From NCBI RefSeq assembly GCF_009914755.1, contig NC_060929.1: a DNA stretch of 64,000 nt; one strand, written 5' to 3'. This stretch comes from the human T2T-CHM13v2.0 reference genome, Homo sapiens. A model generated the notes under the pieces. It made no database searches, was not told the origin of the DNA, and was given only the letters and a program-made list of their open reading frames with translations. The position numbers and the translations under genes were made by a program. Shown one piece after another: positions 47,129 to 62,626 of this stretch; positions within the stretch are counted from its first letter, which is position 1; each line of letters starts with the position of its first letter.

Positions 47129-47884
47129 AGCACATTGAGGGAAGGTTACTCTCACATTTTTGTTTTCAGGCCACTTGGCTAATCTAACAGCACTCAGAGA
47201 AAGTTAAATTGATGCAAATAGCAGAGAGATCAAAGATAAGCTTGGTAAACAGATTCTATTCCCCTGAAACTTCCTTACAACTCTTCCTTTAAGGTACTGG
47301 AAGAAGAGACGGGAACTTTCCCTGGAAGAGAAATCCTCATCTGAGGGCACTGTGACTTTGCTGGATTCCTTTCCTGGGGAAACCTGAGTTTTTTCACTGC
47401 TGAGAAAGAAGCATCAGCATCTTGAGCATGGTGTGCTCAAAAAATTGAGGAAGCGTATGGCATAAGACGGAAATGTGGCTTAGGAAAAAAACAATCACTG
47501 GCTTTAGAGGAGGCAGAAATGTGATGCTGTGTTTTTCTAAATAGAAGCATAGATTTTGAATCTATGCACCAAATTCTCTCTTTCTTCTCCCAAGATGTGC
47601 AGGAATGTATTTTAACGCAATATTGAACTTTTAAAAATACATATTTCTGGCTCCATACCCCAGAGTTTCTCATACAATATGGTCAGAACAATTCCTATTT
47701 TGAAAAATTTTCCCAGGTGATTAAGTGCATCAGAGACTGGGAATTGCTGTTTTAGGACACGTTTTAATATTTGGTTTTATATGTAAGATAAGTGATTTGT
47801 GAATAACTATTAGAATAGCTTGCAGTTTAAGAATTGTCTTTAAAAAGCCCCATCCCAAACAAAGTAAGGAAAATTAAATAGTAA

Positions 47885-48215
<331 letters not shown>

Positions 48216-48217
48216 TG

Positions 48218-48519
<302 letters not shown>

Positions 48520-48987
48520 TAAATCCTGTTTTATATTTGGCATTAAAATGTGTTGTTTCATTAAGTATCTACTCTTGAAAATGCTAACATTTCCTTTTAT
48601 AAGAAAAAAAGTTATGGTAATAAAGAAGCTTTGCTAGATAGTCTCATTTGTGTTTATTTTTCAGCTTTAGAAATAGTAAGCTTCCCTAATATACTCCAAA
48701 AGGGAAAATTCATGTTAGCTTTGCTCATATGTGGTACTGCTGTAATCCACAACTTCATAATTCATCTTGAGTCTACCAATTTCACTGTTTAATCTCTCAT
48801 CAAAAGTGTGCACTAGGTTACTCTGGTTGATGGTCAGCATAATCACATGCTAATTTGGCTTCTGTTTTTCTTGACACCAGCCTACAATGTCAAGACTCCT
48901 CATAACTCTCTTCTGCCATGCAGTTTCCCAAAGAACAGGCCTGTCTGCCAGAGGCCATAACATTGTCTTAATGTTTTCCATACTTAC

Positions 48988-49086
48988 AGATCAAATGTAC
49001 CCATGGTGGCTTCGAGACAATCACCTTTGCAGAGGCATCTCCAATTCCACATAGAGGAAATTTTCACTCTTTCTCAAATGTGAATA
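48988..49086 (-). other. Candidate 99-nt exon with a Kozak-context ATG (unverified)
   Basis: Acceptor TTGTTCTGCTTCTCCATTTCAG|, donor TCT|GTAAGTA, GCCACCATGG at 49010-49001; unique sequence. Confidence 0.3.
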
Positions 49087-49477
49087 CTGAAATGGAGAAG
49101 CAGAACAATGTATGATCCCAGGAAGAAGTGTTCAGAGGCACACTTGAGGACTTTATGAAAGAAAACTGGATATTTCCCTTTCTTTGGTGACTAAATTGGC
49201 ATTGACCATTTAATTTCTTTTTTTAATTCCTTTTAAAAAAAGGAAATTTCACCACGTTCTCAAGTTGTTCTGATATGTTAAGGTTGGGTGTTCTACCTAG
49301 GATTTCTATCTAAAGCAAAAATTTTAGTGAAAACAGTTATACTCTATTTGCAGGTGAGGGTGAAACTAGAAATTCTGGAGGAGGAAATCATCGGCTATGT
49401 TTTAGCTTAGAATGTTTTTTTTACTCAACAAATAATAATGCAGTGCCTCTAAGGGCAACACAAAAAATGGCACTAAG

Positions 49478-49770
49478 GGCCAGGTGTGGTGGCTCACACC
49501 TGTAATCTCAGCATTTTGAGAGGCCAACGCAGGTGGATCCCGAGGTCAGGAGTTCAAGACCAGCCTGGCCAACATGGTGAAACTCCATCTCTACTAAAAA
49601 TACAAAAATTAGCTGGGCGTGGTGGCACCTGTAATCCTAGCTCAGGAGGCTGAGGCAGGAGAACTGCTTGAACCCAGGAGATGGAGGTTGCACTGACCCA
49701 AGATCACACCACTGCACTCCAGCCTGGGCAACAGAGCGAGACTACATCTCAAAGAAAAAAAAAAGAAAGA
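49478..49770 (+). mobile_element. AluS (Sg-like)
   Basis: TSD-like GCACTAAG. Confidence 0.93.
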
Positions 49771-49848
49771 AATTAGCACTAAGAAATATACAAAATAATA
49801 ATCCCATTATTTTGGATAGCATTTGCATTTCAAACGTCTCTTGATGCT

Positions 49849-50140
49849 GTTTGTTTGTTTGTGACAGAGTCTTGCTCTGTCACCCAGGCTGGAGTGCAGT
49901 AGGGCAATCTTGGCTCACTGCGACCTCCACTTCCTGGGTTCAAGCAGTTCTCATGCCTCAGCCTCCCGAATTGCTGAGATTACAGGCTTGCACCACCACA
50001 CCCAGCTAATTTTTGAATTTTTAGTAGGGACGGTGTTTCATCATGTTGGTCAGGCCAATCTCAAACTCTTGACTTCATTTGATCCACCACCTTGACCTCC
50101 CAAAGTGCTGGGATTACAGGTATGTGCCATCACGCCTGGC
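49849..50140 (-). mobile_element. AluS
   Basis: (TTTG)n tail; TSD TCTTGATGCT. Confidence 0.92.
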
Positions 50141-50208
50141 TCTTGATGCTTATTGTCTTATTTTGTGATTGAGAAAATATTGCATTTTTCTTCAAGGAGA
50201 CTATACCA

Positions 50209-50414
50209 TTTGAGGTTGAAGGAATGGAGTACAATAATAATTTATTAGGCTACAAATTAGCACATATTCTTTTAACAATCAGATGATTTTTATACAAAAT
50301 AAAGGATAGCTTTTGAGGTTGAAGGAATGGAGTAAAATAATAAATTATTAGGCTACAAATTAGCACATACTCTTTTAACAATCAGATGATTTTTATACAA
50401 AATAAAGGATAGCT
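50209..50414. repeat. Two-copy 103-bp tandem duplication of unique sequence
   Basis: TTTGAGGTTGAAGGAATGGAGTA...AAAATAAAGGATAGCT at 50209 and 50312; 3 substitutions seen. Confidence 0.95.
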
Positions 50415-50525
50415 TTGGAATTTATTTATGGACTGATACCTCACAATGACCCAAATTAGTCACCCAAATTAGTCATGGCAAGTAGACCCAAATTATGAGT
50501 TTAAGCTACACAAGTAGGCAGGTAA

Positions 50526-50831
<306 letters not shown>

Positions 50832-51277
50832 TAAAATTGGCCCCTCTTTAAGATAATGTTGACATGGTAAAGTATTTCCTAAACAGTTTTACTTTAACTC
50901 TTAAAGGGTCTTTGAGCTTATGTTTTTATTAATAGAAAGAAAATAATGGATTCCTGTTAAAAGATAAATCCAACTGTCCATCAGCAATTGCAACAATGAA
51001 ATCTCTAATATGAACTGTCAGTGTTTTCTCTAACAGATACTGTAAAGATTAGAAGAATGACTGGGGAATGCCTATAATTTCTGGGTCAGGCTAAGTATCT
51101 ACTGTCCATTCTAACATCTAAAGAGGATGGGAAATGAAACCAGGAAAACTGGGTTTTGCAAAAGGTGATTAACGTTCAAAATCAGTATAAATTTTTCCTT
51201 AAACTATCAAGCTTTACTCTGAGTTTATAAATGAATGCTCATTGAACACCTATTAAAGGAAATGAATTGTAGAAGCA

Positions 51278-51602
51278 GGCCGGGCACAGTGGCTCACACC
51301 TGTAATCCCAGCAGTTTTCGAGGCCGAGGCTGGAGGATGGCTTGAGGATGGGGACTGAGATAAGCCCAAGCAATATAGCAAGACCCTGTTTCTACCAAAA
51401 AATAAAAAATAAAGATAAAAAAAACTAGGCAGCCTGGGTGGTGTGCACCTGTGGTTCCAGCTGCTTTGGAGTCTGAGGCAGGAGGATGGTTTGAGCCCAG
51501 GAGATCAAGGCTGCAGTGAGCTATGATTGTACCACTGCTCTCCAGCCTGGGCAACAAAATAAAACTCCATCCTTTGGGGAAAACAACAACAACAACAACA
51601 AC
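51278..51602 (+). mobile_element. AluJ with (CAA)n tail
   Basis: GGTTTGAGCCCAGGAGATCAAGGCTGCAGTGAGCTATG. Confidence 0.88.
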
Positions 51603-51635
51603 TATCTTAGAAGTAGAAGGAATCATTATCTGTTT

Positions 51636-52150
51636 TGTGTAGTTATCTGTGATATGTATCAAATTATCCCAAATCTTTATGACAAAAAATAATAAGCATT
51701 TAATACTGGGTGTTTCTGTGGGCCAAGAGTCCAGAAGCTCTGACCAGGGTCCTCTGGTTTCCCGTCCTAGAAGAGCTGCAATCAAATAGTTGACTGAGGC
51801 TTCAGTCATCTAAAGACGGCTGGGGGACCATCCACTTCCAAGCTCACTCACATTGCTATTGGCAAGACTTACGTTCTTGCGGCTGTTAGCTAGAGAAATC
51901 AGTTTCTTGCCATGTGGAGCTCTAAATAGGGCTATTCACAACTTGGAAGATTCCGTGCCAGAGAGAGAAAGAGAGAGAGATCACGGTCTTTGTGCCATAA
52001 TCTCAGAAATACCATGAGATCACTTTTGTTTTATTCTGTTTGTTAGAAGTTGGTTACTACATCCAGCTGACTCTCGAAGAGGAATACACACAGGGCATAA
52101 ATACCAAGAAGTGTGATTGGGGGCCATTTCAGAAGATGCTTGCTTTCTGT
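51636..52150 (-). mobile_element. MLT1 (F-like) MaLR solo LTR
   Basis: GTTTCTGTGGGCCAAGAGTCCAG...CCACTTCCAAGCTCACTCAC...ACACAGGGCATAAATACCAAGAAG...GGGGCCATTTCAGA. Confidence 0.75.
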
Positions 52151-52359
52151 AGAGATAATCTAATCCAATCTTTAATTTTATAGCCAAGGAAAGTGAGTTG
52201 CAAAGTGTTTAATTACCTTGTTCAATGTAGCAAAGCCCCTTGCTATCATTACAAGATCTAGATATCTCCACCTAGTCCAAAACTCTCTGCAGGAGAAAGG
52301 CAAGAGTGGACGGGTTGGAAATGTAAAAGCTATCTTCTACCACAGTGTTTTTCAAACTA

Positions 52360-52992
52360 CAGTAGTCTTCTCTTATCTTCAGGGCATACATTCCAAGAGC
52401 CCAGTGGATGCCTGAAACTGTGAATAGTACTGAATCCTATACATTCTATATGTTTTCCATCTGATAACTGAGAAGGCTTCTTAGTGGATAGCACAGACAG
52501 CATAGATAAGCGGATAAAGGTATGGGTCATGACTGGGGCAGGATGGAGAAGAATGGTGCAGGATTTCATCACACTGCTTCTGGAATTTTCCACATAATAT
52601 TTTATTTTATTTATTTATTTATTTGTTTTGAGACAGGGTGTTGCTCTGTCACTCATGCTGGAGTACAATTGTGCGATCTCAGCTCACTGCAAGTTCTGCC
52701 TCCTGGGTTCCAGCTATTCTCCTGCCTCAGCTTCCTGAGTAGCTGCAACTACAGGCACACGCTGCCACACCCAGCTAATTTTTGTATTTTTAGTAGAGAT
52801 GGAGTTTCACCACGATGGCCAGGTTAGTCTCAAACTCCTGGCCTCAAGTGATCCACCTGCCTTTGTCTCCCAAAGTATTGGGATTACAGGTGTGAGCCAC
52901 CGCGCCTGGCTCCATACAATATTTTAAATCACAATTGACCACAGATAACTGAAACCATGAGAAGCTAAATGCTAGATAAGGGGAAACTACTG
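52360..52992. mobile_element. MER44 (Tigger7-derived) MITE split by an Alu
   Basis: TA|CAGTAGTCTTCTCTTATC...CCAGTGGATGCCTGAAAC ... GATAAGGGGAAACTACTG|TA. Confidence 0.85.
52600..52911 (-). mobile_element. AluS
   Basis: Full dimer; near-TSD TCCA.A.AATATTTTA. Confidence 0.92.
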
Positions 52993-53888
52993 TACTCTGA
53001 ACACATTTATGCATTTTTTTCCTGACCCTTACTTCATTTTATCTAGAAATTTTTTTTAAAAATTTTTGTTATGTTTACATTTTATCTAGAAATTATTAGT
53101 TTTCTGTAAGGCTTGGTATGTTTGAAAATGCCTGTTTTTAATGATTTTGTCAATAATTTTACTGAGCCAATTCAAAGAACACCTTCTCTAATTATTCCCT
53201 CACATCATATTACAGTGAACAGAATGGAGAAACTTCATGGGCTAGTAATATATCTTTGAGTAAACTTTTGTTGTCTAGTAAAGAAGATAGATGCACACAT
53301 AGTTTGAGGACCTATTACATGAAACTGAGTCTTTCATATCTTCCTGTCAAAGTCATTTTATGTCCTATCACATACACATAGTAAAACAGTAGGAGATCTC
53401 AGGAAGACACCCACAAAGAAGAGAAAACACTTCCTGGAATGTCTGTTTATTCTTTTGCTAAATTTCTGAAACTTGCTTGGAAACTTCAAATTGTTTATAA
53501 ATCTATCATTTTAACAGTCTGTTTTTAAGCTGCTTTTATTCACTTGAAGTTTTATAAACCCTGTTTAATTTCCATAAAAACACATTTAGATCGCTTTAAT
53601 CTCTCATTGCCATTTAAAGTGTTTGCAGCTTTAAAAATGTATTATAAACATCACTGTGAAGACTGTCCATACATATTTACCTATGTATGCCTCTCTGAGC
53701 ATCTCCGTCAGTAATTCCCTAGATACCCTAGATGCAGAATCTCTTTCAAATGTGGGCACATTTCAAAGACTTTTGGTTTAAAAATTACCAAATTACTCTT
53801 GAGAAATTTTAATCTCAGGAGCAGATTAGGAGACTAGAGGAATCTAATTATAGGTTTCTAAAATGATATTTCTTTCTTTGTGACAACA

Positions 53889-54230
53889 TTTTTTTTGTTG
53901 TTTTTTTGTTTTTTTTTTATGTTTTTTTTTTTGTTTGTTTTTTGAGACAGAGTGTCACTCTGTCATCCAGGTGGGAGGACAGTGGTGCCATCTCCCAGCT
54001 CACTGCAAGCTCCGCCTCCCAGGTTCAAGCGATTCTCCTGCCTCAGCCTCCCGAGTAGCTGGGACTAGAGGCGCGCAACACCACACTCGGCTAATTTTTC
54101 GTATTTTTAGTAGAGACAGGGTTTCACTACCTGTGAGAAGCCAGGCTGGTCTCGATCTCCTGATCTCATGATCCCCCGCCTTGGCCTCCCAAAGTGGTGG
54201 GATTACAGGTGTGAGCCACTGCGCCCGGCC
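53889..54230 (-). mobile_element. AluS
   Basis: Full dimer with (TTTG)-mixed tail; GACAAC on both flanks. Confidence 0.92.
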
Positions 54231-56822
54231 GGACAACCCTTTTTGTTTAACTTTTCTATATTTCTTTTCCTGGAAAGGAAGAAGCTACCATTTTCTAAGA
54301 GAAAAGTAACATGTAGAATAAGAAAACTTGGAGTTAGGTTTGTGACTCAATGCCTAAGAAATCCAGGTGGGTTCAGCCCGTGTCCAAATGGACTCTCCCA
54401 TTCCCAATCACCACTGAGTTTTACCAGGAAAAGGTAGTACTCTATTTTGTTCAGTCTCTCCCATCCGTTCCTCCACCACATCACTTTAGGAAGTATTAAA
54501 AAATATTCACAAACATTTACAGGGGAGCAGGGGAGCTCATTGATTTTCTGAAAGCAATTTGTTAATTAACATCAAAGGAATGAAATCTGACTTGCATAGT
54601 CTAGTGAGTGGCATTTTTCCATAGTCCTGGTTGCTATGGTGATGAAGGAAACTCGTTTGTTCTGGGTCACTCCGAAATTTGTGCATGAAAGCATGAGAGA
54701 TTATTCCTGTCTAATCAAGTTATATGGAAAAGTCGAAGGGGAGGTGCTATGTTTTACAGCCATCAACCCTCAACAGAATAAAACACAATAGCTGAGAAAA
54801 GGGGATTATATCTTCCTTTAAAAAAACAGAGCAGAGAATTTCTAACTGACCCCAAAGCCTCTTCCAGCAGAATCTCTTTTTTTTTTTTTTTTCTCCACTA
54901 ATATGAGGAATGTGAAATCACGTTTCTTAAAGGGAATTAGAGTACATATTGAAAAACTCTACAACCCGACTTTGCATAATGAATAAGGAGTAGGGTGTGC
55001 ATTCATTAAACAATTTTACTTTTGAACTTAAATTCTACAGTGTGTCAAATGCCTCACTAGCTCTGCATTGCCAGCAAGCCAAATTCTGTTACAATTAACA
55101 TAATTGGAAAAGCTGGAATAGAAAGGGAATAGCTCACCTCTTCTTTACCAGACCTCCTGGCCTCTGTAGTATATAGACTTAAGCGTCTCTTGAACATTCC
55201 CCTGCCCGTCCAACACCTCAGTTACTCCTAAAGCAGATGGTAGTTTTGTATGTCGTTATTGGACTCTCTGTGTCAGCCCAAAGATTTTTTTTTAACAGTT
55301 TGTGGCTTCATTATATTTTGATTTTTATTTATATAAAGCACCTGTTTTCCCCCTAAGACACATAGATGTGAATTCAAATCTTTTTCCTGCCATTTATTAG
55401 CTATTTGGTTTGGAAAAATCCCTTAATACATATTTTTTTTTACACCTCAGCCTTCTTATCTACAGAATGAGGATAATAAGTTTACCTCTCCAGGATTTTT
55501 TAATGGTTTTCCCCTATAATTATCATCTATTGTAGCATAACAAATAATGCCCAATATTTAGCAGCTTAAAACACCAAATATTTGTTATTTCATATAATTC
55601 CAGAGGGTCAGCAATCTAGAGCCGTATGGCTGAGTGATTCTAGCTTAGGGTACTTTCACGAGCTTCCAATCAGACATCAGTCACAGCTCTAATTATCTAG
55701 AGACTTGACTGAGTCTGGTAGACCTGCTTCCAAGCTCACTTATGCGGCTGTTGGAAGGTTTCAATCCCATACTGTTGTTGGTCTGAGGTTGCTTTCTCTC
55801 ATCATTTGATTGTCTCCATAGCAGCTGGCTTCCCCTAGAATGAGTGCCTTGAGGAGAAAAGAATGACAGATGAGTACAAGAACAAGAAACAGTACCTAAC
55901 ACAGAAGCCACACTCTTTTATAACCTAATGTTAGAAGTGACAACTCATAGCTTTCCCTATATTTCATTTATGAGGACAATCTACTGACACTCAAGAAGCC
56001 TAATAAGACCACACCCAAAGAGAAGAGAATTAAGCTCCGCCTCTTAAAAAAATGAAGATCAAACGATACATGGACATATTTGTAAAATCGCCAAATCTTC
56101 CTTAGATCCTCAATTTACATTCATCTCACAGACAATATACACATCCTTCTCAAGGCCACCAAAGTCTCATCCCATTGGAGCCTCAGCTCAAAGTCCAGAA
56201 TCTTGGCATGTAAATTGAGTCCAGGCATACACAAGACTCTTTGGATTTAGTCCCTTAAGTAGAATCCCTTAAGTACAGTTTCCTTCTTTCTCCCTATGAT
56301 TCTAAAGATGTACATTTTCTGCCCCCTGCATAAACATTACTCACATTACATATATATATATATATGCATATAATGGTGGAACATGTTTAAGATAACTGCT
56401 ATAGGTACTCTTGACCTGAAAATGAGAAGATAAGAGGCACAAACATGTCACTGGTCCACAGTTGCTGTGAAATCCAGTTAAGCAAATGTTGGATGTTCAC
56501 TGATTAGGACTTACGGCCTGAGAATAATTCTCCATAGCCCTCAGCTTCACCATCTGGGCTCTGGGTTTGTTGTTCTTTTTCCTTTTTGATGACAAGGAGA
56601 ACATGTTTGTAGCTGAGTCATTCTCTCAGCCCACTTTCTGCCCGTAGAATTTGAAACGCCATGGCCTCTTTGTTTTGCATTGTCTCTGTCCTTTTGAATT
56701 CAAGTTGACAATGTCACTGAATAAAAACTATATTGGTCTTCTGTGAAAATTATTGTAGAACACTCTATTAGACAAAAGCCGCCACCCCCCAATTTCTTAA
56801 AAGATACATGCTTCTCTACTTT

Positions 56823-57553
56823 TCAAAAATTAATTAATTTATTTATTTTTTAAATTTTTGTGAGTACATAGCAGTTGTATATACTTATGGGCTACATGAG
56901 ATGTTTTGATATGGGCATGTAATGTGAAATAAGCACATCATAGATAATGGGGTATCCATCCCCTCAAGCATTTATTCTTTGCGTTGCAAACAACCCAGTT
57001 ACACTCTTTATTTTAAAATGTACAATTAAGTTATTATTGACTAAAGTCACCCTATTGTGCTATCAATAGTAGATCTTATTCACTCTTTCTATACCTTTTT
57101 GTACCCATTAATCATCCCCACTTCTCCACCAGCCCCTCACTACACTTGCCAGCCTCTGGTAACCATTTTTCTACTCTCTAAGTCCATGAATTCAGTTGTT
57201 TAGATTTCTAGATCCCACAAATAAGTGAGAACATGTTACGTTTGTCTTTCTGTGCTCGGCTTTTTTCACTTAACGTAATGATCTTTGTTCCATCCATGCT
57301 GTTGCAAATGGCTGGATCTCATTCTTTTTTTATGGCTGAATAGTGCTCCATTGTGTCTATGTACCACATTTTCTTTATCCATTCATTTGTTGATGGACAC
57401 TTAGGCTGCTTCCAAATCTTAGCTATTGTGAACAGTGCTGCAGCAAGCATAGGAGTGCAGGTACCTAACATACTGATTTCCTTTCTTTTGGGTATATACC
57501 TGGCAGTGGGATTGCAGGATCATATCGTAGCTCAATTTTTAGTTTTTTGAGGA
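56823..57553 (-). mobile_element. 5'-truncated L1MA-type 3' end
   Basis: AATGGGGTATCCATCCCCTCAAGCATTTAT, CCCACAAATAAGTGAGAACATG; TSD CTTCTCTACTTT at 56811 and 57558. Confidence 0.92.
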
Positions 57554-57967
57554 TGATCTTCTCTACTTTAGGATTCTGCTGAGACTACTAAGGGACAATA
57601 CCCTTGAGATTCCTAGCACCCCTATTGTTTGATTGAGAGAATCTATAGGACACACAATGGATATCTTAGTGGATCTCTAGTCTGACTGAAAGGAATGCTG
57701 AGGTGCCACCATAGATCCTTCTGAGGTGTTATGAAATAGTTTTAGTCGCATTCTTGCCATCATCTTTAGACTAGTTTTCCTGGCACCATCCTGCATATGC
57801 TCTTTGCTGAGGACCCATTTCTTAATTTTAGAATTGTTTGCTGTTTGGAATGTCTGAGAATTTTCAAAACCATCAAGTCCTGGTTTCTTCAAGTTGCATA
57901 GTCTCTCTAGCTGATTTTTCTTCTCCCACATTTTACTATAAGCGACCATAAGAAATTAGGTAGCACT

Positions 57968-58281
<314 letters not shown>

Positions 58282-58639
58282 GAATCGGGTACCACTTAAA
58301 ACAAGTTTCTTCTTGTTAGCAGATGTCAATTCCTCACTGGCTGTTGGTTGGAGGCCTCTGTTCCTCATCATGTGTGCCTCTTCATGGCAGTAAGCTTCCC
58401 CTGGAGCAAATGGTTCAAGAAATTGTGAAGTAGAGTAAGAGAGCAAAACAGAGCACACAAGTTGAAGCTGAAGGCTTTTTATAACCTAATCTTGATGTGA
58501 AATTTGCCATAGTGTACTTATGAGAAGTAAGTCATTGAGTCCAACCTACACTCAAGAGGGCAAGAATTAAGATTCCTCCTCTTGAAGGGAGGATTATCAA
58601 AGAATTTTTGAACATATTTGGAAAACCACCCTACTCCAT

Positions 58640-59034
58640 TCTTATGGAATGAATTCTATCCTCTTAAAATTCATCTGTTGAGGTGCCGAAACCCCTGTCA
58701 TTGTATTTGGAGATAGGACCTCTAAAAATATAACTAGGCTTAAGTAAAGTCATGAAGGTAAAATCCTAATCTGTGAAGGCTGGTGTCCTTATTTAAAAAA
58801 CAGAAGAGGCACTAGAGCTACCTCTGTCTCTCTTCCCACAAGCACCAGTGAAAGTCCATGTGTGGACACAGACAATGTGCTATCTGTAAGCTGAAGAGAG
58901 GCCTTGCCAGAAACCAACTTGGCTGACACTTGGATCTTACAATTCCAGCCCACAGAACTGTGAGAAAATAAATTTCTCTTGTTTAAGCCACCAATCTGTG
59001 GTATTTTGTCATAGCAGCCCAAGCAAACTCATAC
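58640..59034 (+). mobile_element. MLT1A-like MaLR solo LTR
   Basis: AAAATTCATCTGTTGAGG...GTATTTGGAGATAGG...CAGAACTGTGAGAAAATAAATTTCT...ATAGCAGCCCAAGCAAACTCATACA. Confidence 0.85.
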
Positions 59035-59831
59035 ACCCAGAAAGCACTACTAATGAAAGAAAAGGGGCATAAAATCTAGCCCCAGATCCAGCCGCATGTG
59101 CAAAATTTATTTGCAGGATTTTTTACTTGTAAAGTTTATGGAAATATTATGTATTATATAATATCGGGTCTCATTAATGTTCTGTAACAATGTGCTGTGC
59201 TTATACTGTGCTGGTTTTAGTAAAAGACCTATTACACATAGTAAGTCCTTAATAAATAGTAATTTTTATTAACGATAGGCATTTACCTATATCAATAATT
59301 CTAATCTGCATGAAAATTCCATTAAAATGGTCCTGTTATCTCTATTTTACGTAGGTGAACTTGGGCTCAGAGAAGTCAATGTTCTGTGTTGACATTCCTA
59401 ATACATAACAAAACTGGGCTTACAGCACCAAAGATGAGTTCTTTTCACTGTAAGAATCTGCCTTTCTAAAGAGATCATGCTAGTATTTTGAAACAGTTCA
59501 CTTCTTGGAAAACTGACATTTTAAACAGGAACATGTTAGGATTCTCCAGAGACAAATACCATGAGTGGAGAACACAGTGTAAGTTATTTTATCTTACCGA
59601 ATCTTTGATTACGTGAGATTCATGTATTTTTATTACAAAAGCACCAAGACTTACATATCAGCAGACTTTGGGAATTAAAAGATACACATTTATTCATTCA
59701 TCCTTGTTTGAACACTCACAACCTGCAAAACATTGTATTGCTTATTGAAGTTTAAAGAAAGAGTTGTAACAACTCTGGAATACATAATCTAGTAAAGGAA
59801 ATTAGGTGTGAACACAAAGAGTTATGATACC

Positions 59832-60300
59832 TGTATCAGTTAGCTATTGTGACTATAGTTCTGCATAACAAACCACTCCAAAACTCAGTGGCCCACAACA
59901 AAAATAATTTATTCTTGCTTACTTGTCTTTGGGCTGCTCAGCCAGGTGTCTGACCTAGCCTGCTGTCTGCTGGGCTCACTTCAAAGCAATAGGTTAGGTC
60001 AAGATCTGCTCCAGGTGTCTCTCATTCTCCCTGATTCAGTGTGATAGCCAGAGCATGCTATTCTCATGGTGATGGCAGAAAAAAGAAGAGAGGCAAGTAA
60101 AAACCTTTTGCCTTTTAAGACTCAGCTCTGGACACACTAGCAACACATTCCATTGGGAAACGGAGTCACATGTCCAACTCAACATCAATGGGGTGAGAAA
60201 ATAAACTCTGTCTTTAATGGAGGAACTACAAAGTCACATAACAAAAGACATGGATACAGAGCAGTGTAATGAATTGAGAACAATAATAAAATTTATCACG
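59832..60300 (-). mobile_element. Old MLT1 (H/I-like) MaLR solo LTR
   Basis: TGTATCAGTTAGCTATTG...TGCATAACAAACCACTCCAAAACTCAGTGG...AGTCACATGTCCAACTCAACATCAATGGGG. Confidence 0.75.
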
Positions 60301-60369
60301 TAAGTAACAGGCGGTACATAAATTCCTTAAAATGCGTCAAAAAGGAGAGTAAGCACTCAGTCAGAGTCA

Positions 60370-60530
60370 TTAGATCTTATTTTAAGCTCGTCTTCTCTGC
60401 CTAAATGTGAATTAATTGCTTAACTGCCCAGGACCTCAGTTTCCTCATCTTGAAAATGATTTTTGTAAAGATTAAATATCACATACACATACATGAATAT
60501 CAATGTCTGGCATATAGCAAGAACTCAATA
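60370..60530. mobile_element. MIR
   Basis: CCTCAGTTTCCTCATCT...TGTAAAGATTAAAT...TGTCTGGCATATAGCAAGAACTCAATA. Confidence 0.65.
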
Positions 60531-62090
60531 CAAAACAGAGAAATGCAAGACAAGAGCTACAAGGGTTCACATTCTACTAAAGGAAGCAAGACATTCATTT
60601 GTGAAACAACTAGAAAATGATAACAGGCAACCTCTAAGCAAGAATGAACAGCATATAAAATGTGATCCATGTGGAGAGGGCTTAGTCAGGAAAGTCGTCT
60701 TTATCCGTATAGAATGGAGTTCACTAAATGAATAACTTCAGTTCTCTTTTATTTCTTAACAGTTAATTTCAGGAGAGCATGCATATATTTCCATTCATCT
60801 TAACTGTTTATAAGATATTCTGGCAGTGAAATGACATGGTTGTCATGGAAGCAATCAAGAATCAGAAATCAGAACTCAGGAAAGTGTATGCAGCTGACCA
60901 TGCTCATTTTTACAATACAAAAGGTTTTGTTTTTTTCTTTATAATAAGTCACTTGTGAAGGTACATGTCCATCAAAATTTTCATTTTGTGATACCAAATC
61001 AAATTCATTAAGCAAGTATAGTCCCACAACTGTCTAAATACAGACTAATGCATGTGTATGTATTTGATATCCATGTGCATCTTACACATATTTAAGCATT
61101 TTAGGTATGGTTCATTCTCATTCCCTTTCTGCTTTGGCTAAGTTTAGAGTTTCCCTACTATCCTGGTTACTGAGACTAAAACCCAACTCAAGATCATTTA
61201 TATTCAACTTTACTTCCTCAATAGGTAAAATCTATACTCTCAAGAAGTTTCCATTTTATTTCAGAAGAAAATTATTCAAAAACAAATGTTTGAAGAAACA
61301 GGTTAGGATAGATAGAGGGACTAATTAGGCTCCCTGAGGTCCTGTACCAGCTTTCCTATGCATTTTGTCTAAACTCTTTAATGTTTTTAATTTTAAATAT
61401 TTGAATATTTTCAAAGGTGTCATCTTCATTTTTTCTACCCCTTATTTCAGTTCAATTAATAGTGATCAATAATATCCTATTTGTAGGAGGACTGAGCTAG
61501 GTGTTTTGGAAGTGCAAATGACTGACATCATCATTGTCATAGAGGTCCCAGCACATGGGATGCTAAAATTAAAAACTATATTTGTTGTTTTGTACATTAC
61601 AATGAAGAATGAAATTTGATATGTTTCTTGGTCTAAGAGAAGAATTCACAAAATGAGTGATATTTGAATTGCTCTTAAAAGATGGGTAGGATTTAATTAA
61701 AGAAACATAAAGTGAGAGCAAAGTACTCTAGAAATAAAAGTATGGAAATATCTTGCAGGCCTTTGAAACTCTTGATCTTGGACTTAGGCAAAACACCAAG
61801 GCTGGAAATGTAGCAATGAAAGTTATAAGAATAGTGGTGTTATATAAAGCCATATAGAGAGACCCATAGAGAGAGACTACAAAGAGAGGAAAGGAAACAT
61901 AAAAAATCATCAGGAATGGGCAGAAGAAGAAAAATACGAAAGGAGACTAAGAAATTATCACAATGGATAATTTTTTAAAAAGTGCAGTGTCATGGAAAAT
62001 GAGTATCAAATTCAAAAGAAAAAATCAATTGGCAGATTAATAACAACCAAAGGAAGAAGTTGGTGAAAATTATTTATTCTACTGGACAGT

Positions 62091-62626
<536 letters not shown>

